A stretch of 61,449 nt of DNA, counting the filler, from Catajapyx aquilonaris (Eukaryota), in assembly GCA_000934665.2 (NCBI GenBank). It is 3 parts of 3 records of this genome, joined end to end, with 100 filler letters (N's around TTAATTAATTAA, not from the genome) between each part and the next. Parts side by side here need not be neighbours in the genome. Positions count along the whole stretch, not along the records: positions 20,992 to 41,171 come from JYFJ02006317.1; positions 41,272 to 61,449 come from JYFJ02006318.1; 1 more part is not named here. The stretch is one strand, 5' to 3'. The position numbers and the translations under genes are program-made. The notes under the pieces were generated by a model. It was not told the DNA's origin. It made no database searches and worked only from the letters and a program-made list of their open reading frames with translations. This document shows, piece after piece, positions 38,949-50,331 of this stretch. Position 1 is the first letter of the stretch, and each line of letters begins with the position of its first letter.

Positions 38949-40690
38949 ATGGACCGTGGCAGGTGGGTGCAGCCGCCTGGAGGTCAAGCGATGAGTTACC
39001 AGCAGCCCGATGAACAAGAAGAGGATGATATGACTGCACGGTACTTGTCTCACCTCCCAAGTGCTTATAATGCATGAGAACACTGCATACGAGCATTACA
39101 AAAGCCGTCTCTTGAAGCCTTGCACGTCTGTTCATGACTACTACTCTAAGTGGAATATGCAAAAGAAAGCCTCGAGTTAGGAGAATCTACAGCATGACTG
39201 CAGAAGTTTCATGTTGCCATTTAACATGTTCTTACATAGAGATTTTACTTAATTTTCTCACTTAGTAGCATGTATGCAAGGCACTTCTTACAGGGAAGAT
39301 GAAATGATTCACACTTGAATCAAGTGGTACAGTATTGGTCACATATCGAGGCAACTGCCGGCGACATTTTCCGAAGCGGCAGAAGAAGGAATCGAAGATA
39401 AGCATGCTACAAGCCGGGCCAGCAAGATTCCTTCTTCTGCCGCTTCGGAAAATGTCGCTGGCGGTTGCCTCAATATATGACCAATACTGTACAGTACTTC
39501 AGTCTACCTGCATTTAACACATCTGGATTGTTATCTCTGGCAACAATTGTGTTCTGAACCGCTTTAGGCTTGGGTTTGGAATTCTGCATGCACATCAGCC
39601 TGCCTTACAATCTACTTTGCCACATCCCAAACGCTGCAGTTGGTAGCTCAGAAGATCAAACATTAGACGCAGCTTTGCCCAACTTGTGAGCTCTTCTGCA
39701 CATTCACTTACGTAATTCTTCGTTGAATCACAGAGATGCACTGCATCATTTTGTGCTGCTTCACATGCTAGAGCAATGCAAAGAGGGTTTGAAAATGTGA
39801 GTTGGCTCTTCTGAATGTGAAACATAGCGCCAGTTGATCACGTAGTTGTCCATCTCCTTGAATTTGCAGTTATCTAGCAGTGTATGAGACAGTTTTGCAA
39901 ATATTAGTAGTGGTCTCCTTTGGATAGGGTAGGCTTGCGGTAGGGTCAATGACAGTAACTGATTAAAGCCAATGTACATTGCCTTAATGCAGACTCCTCT
40001 TCCTTCAGTTACCATGAAGGAGTGGTTTGTTTGCATATCATACCTCACACTTCACATGCTTGTTCTAGGTCATGGGATTTGCTTGGACAGAAAAAAATCC
40101 AGGCCATCCAGGGAATGACTAACAGTCTCTTCACGCAGCTCAACAACAAGACGAAGGAATGTACTGAAGGGCGAAGTGCCAAGGGGGCTATGCTGAATGA
40201 CATGGTATAAAATCACAGTGTTGAGGTCAATGATCCCAAGTTGCATTCCAATGTTCACTTGTAACTTCAGATTGCAGAGATCATCGACTCCTTCGAGCTC
40301 AACGAGATACAGGCAAAGACGCAAGATGATGAAGTATTCAAGATAATGGGAGAGTTGAAAAGGAAAATGTCTGAGCTTCTCAATGAATACGCGAGCCTGT
40401 ATTCAAAACACGTAGAAATCCTGCGTGTCATCTGCCCAATCCTGCACTCTGTAGATGGAACTGGGGATGTTAACCCGGGCACAGGCTGGAAAGTAGCTCC
40501 AGGGCGATCTACCACTGGTAATAACTTGAACAATCAGGGGCAAAATATGACGCCACCTCCTCGTGCTGGCCCAAGCACCTCTGCCGCATGGGCACAAGGA
40601 CATCAGCCCAAACGGCCTGCCCCTGGGACACCCAATATCCCACGTAAAAGTCAAAAGTCTCCTCGACTTCCAATCAGCCTCTTGGACTAG
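38949..40690 (+). CDS. 215-aa coiled-coil protein, possibly SYCE2-like; join(38949-39040, 40069-40204, 40271-40690)
   Basis: GT-AG introns in phase 2 and 0 give one open frame; AATAAA at 40731; probable 5' UTR donor GTAAGC at 38695; helical core resembles SYCE2 by eye only. Confidence 0.68.
39330..39489. mobile_element. TA-flanked fold-back MITE (partial second copy at 52473-52567)
   Basis: TIRs of about 64 bp, CAGTATTGGTCA..GCAGAAGAAGGAATC. Confidence 0.88.
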
Positions 40691-40825
40691 AGGTCAGTGT
40701 TATGTAACACATTACTCCGTTTAGTTGTTGAATAAAGTTCACAGTTCTTGTCTAAGCTGCTCATCTTTATTCCATCACAAATAATGTGCATATCTTTATA
40801 TATATTAATATATGTACATATATAA

Positions 40826-40972
40826 GGGCGACACGGTGGCGGAGTGGTTAGCGCCGCAGCCTTCCACCTCTAAGGTCCCGAGTTCGATCCCCGGGTCGGA
40901 CGGAGGATACTTATGTGGATAGAGTTTCGATGGGTTCTCTCCGTGTTCGCGTGGGTTTTCTCAGGGTTCTCC
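40826..40972 (+). mobile_element. tRNA-derived SINE, V-SINE-like, 3'-truncated
   Basis: A box TGGCGGAGTGGTTAG and B box GAGTTCGATCCC, then GTTCTCTCCGTGTTCGCGTGGGTTTTCTC resembling the V domain. Confidence 0.75.
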
Positions 40973-41171
40973 TGTACATATCTTCTAATACTGTATACAA
41001 AAAACTACCGCAATAAGTAGGGCACTCTACAACTCCTTCCTAGCCTGCCCACTTAAAAATAACTTCTGTAGCCCCTGCATATTCATAGCTCAAATCTGCA
41101 AGAAAACATAATGGACCACAAATTTCAAATCCATATCAAATTACGAGATGGTCGAGCCACCAAGTTTTCTG

Positions 41172-41271
41172 NNNNNNNNNNNNNNNNNNNNNNNNNNNNN
41201 NNNNNNNNNNNNNNNTTAATTAATTAANNNNNNNNNNNNNNNNNNNNNNNNNNNNNNNNNNNNNNNNNNNN
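41172..41271. other. Assembly gap with TTAATTAATTAA linker
   Basis: 100-base N block. Confidence 0.97.
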
Positions 41272-41437
41272 ATGTCAGCAACCGCGTTAACCAGGTCACT
41301 CTGGAGATCCGTGCGCAATCCATCAATCAAGCCCTTAATTTGATCGTACGACGCCATCACGCCGAGAGAGCCGAGAAAAGCCACCAATGTTTGCGTTCGC
41401 GTTTGACTAAGAGCTCACTATCACACGTCCGGCTCGC

Positions 41438-43290
41438 TCAAAATCTGGCTGCTGTCTGATGGGGAGAATTAGGTGGTTGCTTCAGTCTCACCAGCAACTT
41501 TGCTTTATCTGGCAAATCTTCCACAAGCACATCCACCCAGACTCGCCATTCCTCATCCCAGATCTGAAACCCCAACTGTCCTTCAGATCCACATAGGATG
41601 GGGAAGGTTGCTTGCTGTGCTAGGATTAGTCCAGTTCGATCAGCTTTCACCTCCTTCTTTTCCTCCCCAAAAGTGACATGGTAACGTATGTTTGCTGCTC
41701 AGCTGCAAAACAGAAAAGAAGACATGTATAATGATGTATAGCCTGTAGGCCATGGAAATAAGCAGCCACAATGCATTTACTAACAGGATGTTGCAATCTC
41801 CTGGGCCTATCCAACAATGCCAATACGCGTTCTCACATTACCTATTATATACTACATGCATGCAGGCACCACTGGTTGCCAAGCTAAGGGCATGTAGCTC
41901 ATGGGAAACTGAACAAGGACAGCATAGGTTGTGCCATTAAGATTGTCAAAGTCACATAAGGTCCACCCTGTACTTCAACACAACATGGCACTGTCCACAT
42001 AATTATGTGGTGAACGCTTATGGGAAGGAAATGAATTAAATTTGATGCTGAATGACAAGTTAAACCCAAACTTTTGCCACACAATACATAGGAATGTGAC
42101 ATGTAATCAAACAAGCCCTCAAAGCACTCTGTCACTAAAAATGCTTCACCACCAACTAGCAGTATTTTTAAAAAATTACATTAAATTTGGACACGCCATT
42201 TTCGGCTTCCACTACAATGGCGGCACCACATGTGTACGTTGTCCCCTTAACAGTTACAGATTTCGCTTGGGAGATACTTTTCGTTGTGAGAGTATTAATA
42301 TCGATGGGCAGCAACGTCACACATTCATCTTGCAAATTATTCGAAATAGGTTTGCTTTTCGCAGTTCAAACCGTCTCTGAAAAGTCACAATTGCTCATTT
42401 GTATGTAACATTGATGTAATTGATGGCGCTTGGCTAAAGTTTGACATACATTTTTCATGTTTTTTAATGGAGCCAGGACGGTCTTAAAATAGGAGTGCTT
42501 AGACTAAAATCTCATGGTCCAAATGTGACGGCCCAAATCTCCGCGTGAGGTCTGGATAATGCACGAGAAAGTGAAACTTTGGAGTAAAAGAGTTGGTGCT
42601 GCCTTGGACACGGCTGTATTCCTCCAGAAAAGTACCAATGTGTATCTTCATGTAGGAAATTCCGGTCGGATTTTGCACAGGACTGGTGACAGCATCGTCA
42701 ACATCCCCCCCAAAAAAAGCAGAATTAGCATACTGTCGGAATTTTCGCGCGTAAAGTAGGGCCTCAATATTAGCGGAATCAGCCGTAGCAGGCACCACAT
42801 CTGGCTAAATGATTCCTTCACTCTTACTTTCCCTTTGTCGTAGTGTACAAGAGATGGTTTATTCCCGGAGTCAGTAGGCCCGTACCTAAATTTTTGAATG
42901 GTATGATTTCTGAAATCCAGCGTGCAAACTTTGGACTTCGAGATTTGTCAGGATGTTGCTTATCAGCCGGGGTCCTACCCCTTCAAACAGGTCGTGGGCA
43001 ATATCTGGTGCACAACTGGTCACAATATGGAAACCTGCGACGTAATTCAGAGGGCACTGGGTTTTTACACCGCAATGTGCAATTAAAGTCTTGTCACCCG
43101 CAATTAATTTCACTTGGCTATCGTGTCCTCGTATCGTTCGCAGGGTGAAGTCGTCCGATGTAAAGACGGACCCAAAGTTGCTTCTCTTTGTTGTGCAAAA
43201 TCTGCAACAACTTTGTGATTTCAATGATTCTAAGAACCCTCCCAAGGAATGTGCACCTAGATTGTCAACCAGACTATGGGGTTGGTTGAA
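41438..43290 (-). mobile_element. Decayed EnSpm/CACTA (CMC) transposase plus start of its second gene
   Basis: DNLGAHSLGGF..CRFC, PDIAHDLFEGV and TPKFHFLVHYP..RFGP motifs; 41438-41700 resembles the accessory ORF (FQIWDEEW..DLPDK). Confidence 0.8.
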
Positions 43291-43377
43291 CCAGGGTGCA
43301 AAAACATTAAATTCACATGAGTAGGCCCTTTTTTCCGGCTGCTCTTAATAAGAGGCTACATCTTCACATGTCCAGGC

Positions 43378-44215
43378 CTACATGGAGTCATCAGAGTCGC
43401 AGTTGTGGCACACGCACCACGGTGTGCCCTCCGTACATAACTCATGAGCACATATCTTACAGTCATTGCACTGGACCCACTTTTCACGGGAGGTGCTGTT
43501 TCTGTAGACGTGGTGACACAACCAAACAAAATGTTTCTTCCTCCTCTGACATTGAGTCATCGTCACTTTCACTCTGACTGGTGAGTGGACTTCTGTTGGG
43601 TCGCCTTCGATGCAGTACCAAGGCGCAAATCTTTCTTGCAATTTCCCTTCACCATTTTATTCTTCCATGGCGGCCTTTTCTGGCATGTCCGTCAGAATCG
43701 CAGATTTCCTCTTTTTGCGTCCACGCCCAGAATCTATCCTAGGACCGGCCTTAGGAAAGGGTCTTACCACTTCCGGGGAAAATTTTCCAGCCTGCACCTC
43801 AGCTTCCTCGGATGAGAGGCCTGCTGATGACGGCCCTGGTTGGTTGTTAGGTGCTGATGCTTCACCTGATTCTGCAAGTTTAAATCAATATTAGCCTAGG
43901 CCTGCAGTTAGGTTTTTTTTAATAGGCTTATTTGGGGCTATTAGCAGTCGACCACCTTATTCGGCAATGTTCATCATATCTATTCCTAAATGAGACCCAT
44001 GGTTATCAAGGAGCAAGAGAACAGAGCGCTCTTTTGAGGGGATGAAGGGGACCAGGAATATTGCTGCAAAGTTGTCCTTCATCCAGCCGGACTGGTTCGC
44101 AGCTCCGATCCATCCTGGTGGGACATCTCTAATAAAATGGTCGTCAAATTTCATTCTGGGGAAGATCAACATAGGCGGGACAAAGTTTCCCAGTGCATTC
44201 ACGGCTACGCAGAAG
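43378..44215 (-). mobile_element. pogo/Tigger-like DDE transposase fragments with C-terminal PHD-like finger
   Basis: AVNALGNFVPPMLIF, SGWM, LLLLDNHGSH; WVQCNDCKICAHELC..CHNC. Confidence 0.85.
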
Positions 44216-44554
44216 TAATCAATGTCCCTCGTTCGAATATGTGCACTATGAAGATGAAGCACTAACCAGCCAAGATTCTTGTAATTTCGCTGATCAATAA
44301 GTCTGATTAAAAATGGGATCAGACCTTACCATCGTTACTCCAAATCTACATCATAATTATAGGGGCAGACATCTTGCCCCTCCTGGCCCTCATTGGCTGG
44401 TTGCAGATCGATGGTTTTGACTTGACATCCCTTGGCATAGGTGTGCGGATTGACTGTTATGACCTGTCTCGGACCCCAATGCAGATAGGTGTGGGGTGCA
44501 GTCACTTACGTGTTGAAATTATAATATGAAAACCCGCGAAAATGCAGATAGACG

Positions 44555-45005
44555 GTTTTGACTTTTCACGGAAGATTTCCTCTGGGGTCAGCAAGTGGCC
44601 ATCATCAGTCTTCTGCAGGGAGTCACGCAATGCTAGACGTTTTATTGTTCCTCCCACACCATCGCAGGGGCCTTTCCCATGCGATGTGACGAAGAAGTGC
44701 CACTCAGCTTCTTAAGTAATTGCAGTCAGACTTATGCAGGCAAAGATTCCTAAAGTTTTTCATATTCTTGTACTGGGATGCGGCACCATCCGAAAAGTAG
44801 AATACCTTTCGTAGTTTTGTGGTAACTGCTCTTTAACCAGTATCAATACTTGTTGGAAATAGTAAACTGCAGCTGCTTTGTGGTGCTTGATGTCAATGAT
44901 ACCGGCAAAACATTTTGCCATCAGCCGTCCATCTTGTCTGTAATACGGTACAAACGGATGAATTGTCGCTTGACCTTTTTTCCAATGGAAGGCTTGCACC
45001 TCCAT
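44555..45005 (-). mobile_element. Sola2-like transposase fragment
   Basis: EVQAFHW..ATIHP, YFSDGAASQYKN and WHFFVTSHGKGPCDGVGGTIKR across frameshifts. Confidence 0.75.
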
Positions 45006-45636
45006 GAGTCCGCCCCGGTGCGCCTCAGACACTAACAGTAATGTGCTTCCCTGCAGCCGGGAGGTGTGTCTCAATGGTCTGACCTGCCCAAAAGGCAACG
45101 CACATGCTAATGGTGCCGGAGGAGGGGAAATTATGGCAAGATTGTCACTGAAGTATCCATAATGATAGTTGATATAAAGCTCACCTGTTCAGCCGCACTC
45201 TCACTCCTGTATATCCCGTGTACAGCAGTATATGTCTGCCCCCGAGTCCGCCCCGGTGCGCCTCGGACACTAACAGTAATGTTCTTCCCTGCACCCGGTG
45301 GCCATCTTGTCCAAATGGACACGTCAGCACCAGCACCAGGGCTGCATCAGCCTCTGACGTCAGCATCTCTTCAAGGCCTTTTTTAGAGGTTACCCTTCTC
45401 GGTTATAGGTTACCACAGAAGCTAAATTTCCATCATGTAACCTCTAAATAATTGTAACGTAAAAATGCGCCATCTTGTAACCTCTACAAAGGTATACTGT
45501 AACTTTAACACTAATGTAACTTCTATTAAAGCGCAAAAGTGCTAGGTCATGTAACCTCTGGAACACAGTAACCTTTATACACATGGAACGAGTTCGTCAG
45601 TAACCTCTAAAAACCGATGTAGAGGTTACATGACTA

Positions 45637-45826
45637 TAAGAGTGTAGAGGTGGGTTTCTGTGCTTCAATCTCATCCTGCTGCATTGCTGTCATTGCCGAT
45701 TTCCATTTCCTTGTGTGGAGCTGTTGTTTGATTAAGAGGTGTCTTTTTTCCGATGGGCTAACTGTAGTCTTCTGCACTTGAAGAATATCGCAGGTGCTGC
45801 AAGTGTCCATTCTTGGTCTTCGGAAG
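45637..45826 (-). mobile_element. Duplicated Sola1 transposase fragment (copy of 49272-49461)
   Basis: FRRPRMDTCSTCD; near-identical DNA. Confidence 0.85.
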
Positions 45827-46015
45827 CTTCCGAAGACCAAGAGTGGACACTCTTAATCAGGAAACCTCTAAATGGAGGTTTAAAAACTGGCAGTTTTTAA
45901 ACCTCCACTTTGGAGGTTTCCTATAGAAACGTGCACTCTAAGTCATGAAACCTCTAAATGCCTCTAAATAGAGGTTTAAAAAGTGCATGTTTTTAAACCT
46001 CAACTTTAGAAGGTA

Positions 46016-46227
46016 CACCCGCGAGCATAAAGATGGAGACGGCAGGTCCTCACCTTCGGCAGGCTGCTCTGCCAATCTCAGCTATTACGGTATCAAATAT
46101 ACTCTCATAAATACACGATCACACGCCTGATGCAGCTAACTCGGTTCCAAAAGAGTTCATTAATTTGAGTCGGATAAAGAAAGGTCAAAAAAAGGGCCTG
46201 CCGTCTCCATCCTTTTGCTCGCGGGGA
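46016..46227. mobile_element. TA-flanked Tc1-type MITE
   Basis: TIR CCCGCGAGCATAAAGATGGAGACGGCAGG / CCTGCCGTCTCCATCCTTTTGCTCGCGGG. Confidence 0.8.
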
Positions 46228-46367
46228 TACATGAAACCTATAAAATACAAGGTACCTTGTAGCCTCTCATCTAGAGGCTTTTTTAAAGGTGCATTTTAGA
46301 GGCTACGTTCAGAATTAAGGTTACAAACCAATGAAATGAATTACCACAGATTAATGCATACACATTA

Positions 46368-46721
46368 CTACTAAATTCACGGTGGAAGACCGGATAGGCT
46401 TCACCCCCTACCACTGGTCATGGCCAGCTCTGCTGCCAAATGTGGAAGGTTCGATGGTTTATGGCAGGGGACTGCTTTATTTACCTCTTCTACCCCAATA
46501 AACCCTATTGTACCTCTCCCGACATCCATCCCTCCCCTTGAGGCGATTGCCACTCTTGGCAACTCAGCAGGAGTGTGCCAAGCCGGGAAAAACGGTTAAG
46601 CTCTACTCCAATGGTATTTCTCCATAAGCTTTCCCTAATACTACAAAAATGTCGAACGTATTTCCAAACGTGATTTTGCAGTGGGCAGGGCCTATCCGGT
46701 CTTCCACCGTGAATTTAGTAG
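46368..46721. mobile_element. TA-flanked MITE
   Basis: Perfect TIR of about 32 bp, CTACTAAATTCACGGTGGAAGACCGGATAGGC. Confidence 0.88.
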
Positions 46722-48628
46722 TAGCATGTTTTTATTTCTGACATGACTGGAGGTCTGAATATACTGAAATACTTGATATACTTGAATCCAACTCCAGAGC
46801 CCAAATGATGACCAATGCCCATATATGCACCAACCATTCTGGTGGTGGCCTGCTTGCTGTTAGTGGCCTGTTGTGACAATAGTTGTTAGTGTTAACCATT
46901 GTCAAAACAGGCCACTAATTCCAAATGGGCTGCCAGAAGGGTTGGTGCATATGGGCAACAATGAAGCAATTGATGTGTCATCATTTTGGCAGCTTCTTTT
47001 TCCTTTGTCTCCACTCTAAGTCATCATCATTTTGGCAGCTTCTTTTTCCTTTGTCTCGTATACTTGAATCCTACTCCAGAGCCCAAATGATGACCAATGC
47101 CCATATCCGGGAACGGTACAGAAGGGCCCATGATCGGTACCGGACGCTCCCGCCTCCGAAACTCCGACCTTTCATCCTGCCGCCCTGTCAAAAAGGCCGG
47201 CAAGGTTGGAGCTTCTTCTCGCTCCCTGCTCACTACACTGGCAGTTCCCGCCCTCTGTGGAGAGGTCCAAGAACTTTGCCGAACCCCGTCACCACCAGGT
47301 GGCAGCGCCTGCCTTTGGTCACGTGGTTCGTTACGCTCCCTCCAACCGCCAACAGATGGCGTAGGGGCCCAGTCATCCCCAAAGGAAGGGAGCTGGGGAG
47401 GGGCGCTGCCCAAAAAGGGCAACAGCGGCGTGCTGATCATCACGTCACTGGCCCTGGGCGGGGCCAGGTCCACCAATGAATAATCCACCTTTACCTCCGC
47501 TGGCGAAGGGGGGGGGGGGGGGGGGGGGGAGAGACCTTGGTGGAGGTAGTCAAGCGGGCCATCACGTCCGCCACCGCCTTTTCCACCTCAATTTCGCCGG
47601 CCTCTAACGACAAGCCTAGCCCCAGTCGCACCCGCTGGGAAGCGGAGAGCGACCCCATGGCGTCTTGATGGCGGCCATCTTTGACCCCATCTGGATGCTC
47701 CATTCCTCTTAGGATTACTTCGGCACGGAGGGCCAAATAAAACCCGTACCCCTTCCACTAAGCATCCCAAGATGCACTCCTTGCACCGGCAATCCCAAAA
47801 GAGGACCCGGTACGCCCGAACTATTCAGCTAGGGCTGCTGAGCCTCGCTAATTAAGCGAGACAAAGGCGGGAGTGGGTGTACGCCCACGATCTAAAAAGA
47901 TCGGCCAAACGCTGGAGCGCCACTTCTACGACAATGGTTACCTTCTACCTTCCAATTACAAGGCCAGTCACCATTAAAACACATTTTATTTCGGTTTGGA
48001 TGAGTACACTCACGGAAAACGCCTCCAACACTAACTGGGGAGCTCCACGGCTCCGCATCCGCTTCACTCGCCGGCTCAGGCTGCTCTCTCCTTTTTTTTT
48101 GGTCTTTTTCTCCCTCCTCCCTCCCCGGGAACACCCCCAGGGTTGCCAGGTGTCCCAGGGATGGAGGCGGCCACTTCAAAAACAAGTCGTAGCAGGTGGT
48201 GGCGGATTCAATCCAGACGGCAATGTTGCTTCCAAGGTAGATTATGTTGATCCTATGTAGGTGTGGTCGGTGCTGTCATGCTGGGGGAGCAGGCTTTAAC
48301 CAGCATTTACTGCTTAAAAAAAGGCTCAATTTTATGCCTCGAACATGGGGTCATCTGCAGCAGGGTATTGTGACTGTATACCCAGAGCAGTGTACAGTCA
48401 TGTGCAAAAAAACATGCAAAATTGTGTACCGCACTGAATTGTACACACTGACTTTACCATGTGTAACAAGGATCCCTTCCAGGAATGATTTTGCTCTGAT
48501 AATATTTAGTGCAAATTGCTCCTAAGATGAAAGTGACAGCAATAACTGGGATGCCCAATAACTGTTGGGCTCATAATTCCCCGTAAAATTAAGTCAAGGT
48601 AATGGGCAAAACTTGGCACAAAACTCAC

Positions 48629-49193
48629 CCGGGAGTCCGACCTCACGGGCCACTTCAGCCCAAAGTACTTGTGTGATGTTCCTGTCGCGGTGGTCCTTCA
48701 TCGTCTTATCCCAGATTGCCGCCCTGTCTTGCACCGCGATGATCAGGGCTTCCTTCGAGGCCACCGTACTCTTCCGCGCCTCCGCCTTCGCCTTCCTCTG
48801 ACTCATTTTGTACAGTAAGTTCCCGACACCAGCAAGGCAGCAACTCCAACTCAGTGGACTCACACAGAAAGATGGCTGCTGCCTGACCGGCACAGGTGAC
48901 AGGTCTCCCCGGCCTCCCCCACCCCCAGCTCCCACCCTCCCAGTCCCCCATTGGCCGCACACGGTCACGTGGTCTCCAAGCAGTTATTCGCTTTGTAAAA
49001 TAAGCGCCCAAAATTCGCTTCTATCTGTCTCTGGCAGGCCAGCGCGATTTTGTGTTTAGACGCGCGAGTAACCAAAATTCGCTCGCGTCTTGCGGAAATT
49101 CGCCGATACGTGAATTGCTTTTGTCGACGCGAATTCGCGGAAGGCTGTTTTTCGCTCGCTTTTGACGCTTTTTCGCGTATATGTGAATCCAGC
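48629..49193 (-). mobile_element. Harbinger-like 5' end with MADF-domain exon (ATG 48806, donor 48628)
   Basis: LIIAVQDRAAIWDKTMKDHRDRNITQVLWAEVA is a MADF pattern; terminus TAA-GCTGGATTCACA at 49193. Confidence 0.7.
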
Positions 49194-50331
49194 TTACCTT
49201 CATGTGCGAGAGCCCTGCCCCACTGAAACCGGCAAAATCACATTTGGAGGCTACATTGGAGGTTTCCTGACTAAGAGTGTAGAGGTGGGTTTCTGTGCTT
49301 CAATCTCATCCTGCTGCATTGCTGGCATTGCCGATTTCCATTTCCTTGTGTGGAGCTGTTGTTTGATTAAGAGGTGTCTTTTTTCCGATGGGCTAACTGT
49401 AATCTTCTGCACTTGAAGAATATCGCAGGTGCGGCAAGTGTCCACTCTTGGTCTTCGGAAGGACTGGTTTGGGAAATCTTTACGGAACACTGCTGTAAAA
49501 CTTGTAGCTCACATTGGCGTCAGGATGTAGCTTTTTGAAGCACATGAACATCATGTGCATATTCAGATCCGGGCTGAGATAATTATGTCCTGCTTGTGTT
49601 CCGCCTGCCATAGTGTGATTCCTCAGTCGGGAAGGTTGATATGTGCGTTTTCACTTTCTCACGATTCTCATTGGAACTAGGCTTTGTGGCCTGCTTCCGT
49701 CCATCATAATATTTATTATTGCCCGCCGCCTTCTTGGATGCAAGAACTTTCACCCTCTTCTCCGACAACCCAAAAATGTTGCGAAATGTTCCGCAGCAAA
49801 CTTGCTTGATTTCACCACTTCCAGATGGAACAGTGTAAGTCACAGTACACTGCCTTCTACTCTCCTTTGGATTGTCATACGTCCCATGTCGCCTACGTCT
49901 CAAGGAGTTACGTGCATCAGACCCAGCATGTACGTGCCCTGTTCTTCATGACTCGTCATGGAATAGAACTCCTTGAACAGCTTCGCTTTTTCTTCACCAC
50001 TAATACACGGCAGTGAAACTGGCATTTACATAATGCCTGGAAACGGATACGAAATGCAACTCACTTGTGCCTACGAAATATCAGGTGGCTATCATGCCGC
50101 AGTAGACAATGATAAATCAAAATCAGTATGCCTACCGTTGCGTGTGGCGGGGGTCTTGGAGGCACAATTGCACCGCATCGTGATGTATACTCTGCCCCCG
50201 CTACTCTAGCTCTCTTTGCCACTGACTGTGCAGAACCAGTGCCACGAGCTCGCCGCTTTTTGGAACCACCAGTTTCGAGACGCCATGTTGAACAGCTGAT
50301 GCACTGAAGGCACTTGGGACCTTTGCATGTA

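Larger units (their letters stand above)
45380..46320. repeat. AACCTCTA-rich subterminal repeats with CACTCTTA ends (EnSpm-like non-autonomous element pieces)
   Basis: Many direct and inverted AACCTCTA/TAGAGGTT copies; CACTCTTA termini near 45644, 45848 and 49279. Confidence 0.55.

Noticed and set aside
41272..41357. Possible LINE ORF1 start (MASYDQIKGLIDGLRTDLQSDL) on the minus strand
   Set aside because: Only 28 codons before the gap; too short to call, so excluded from the strand count
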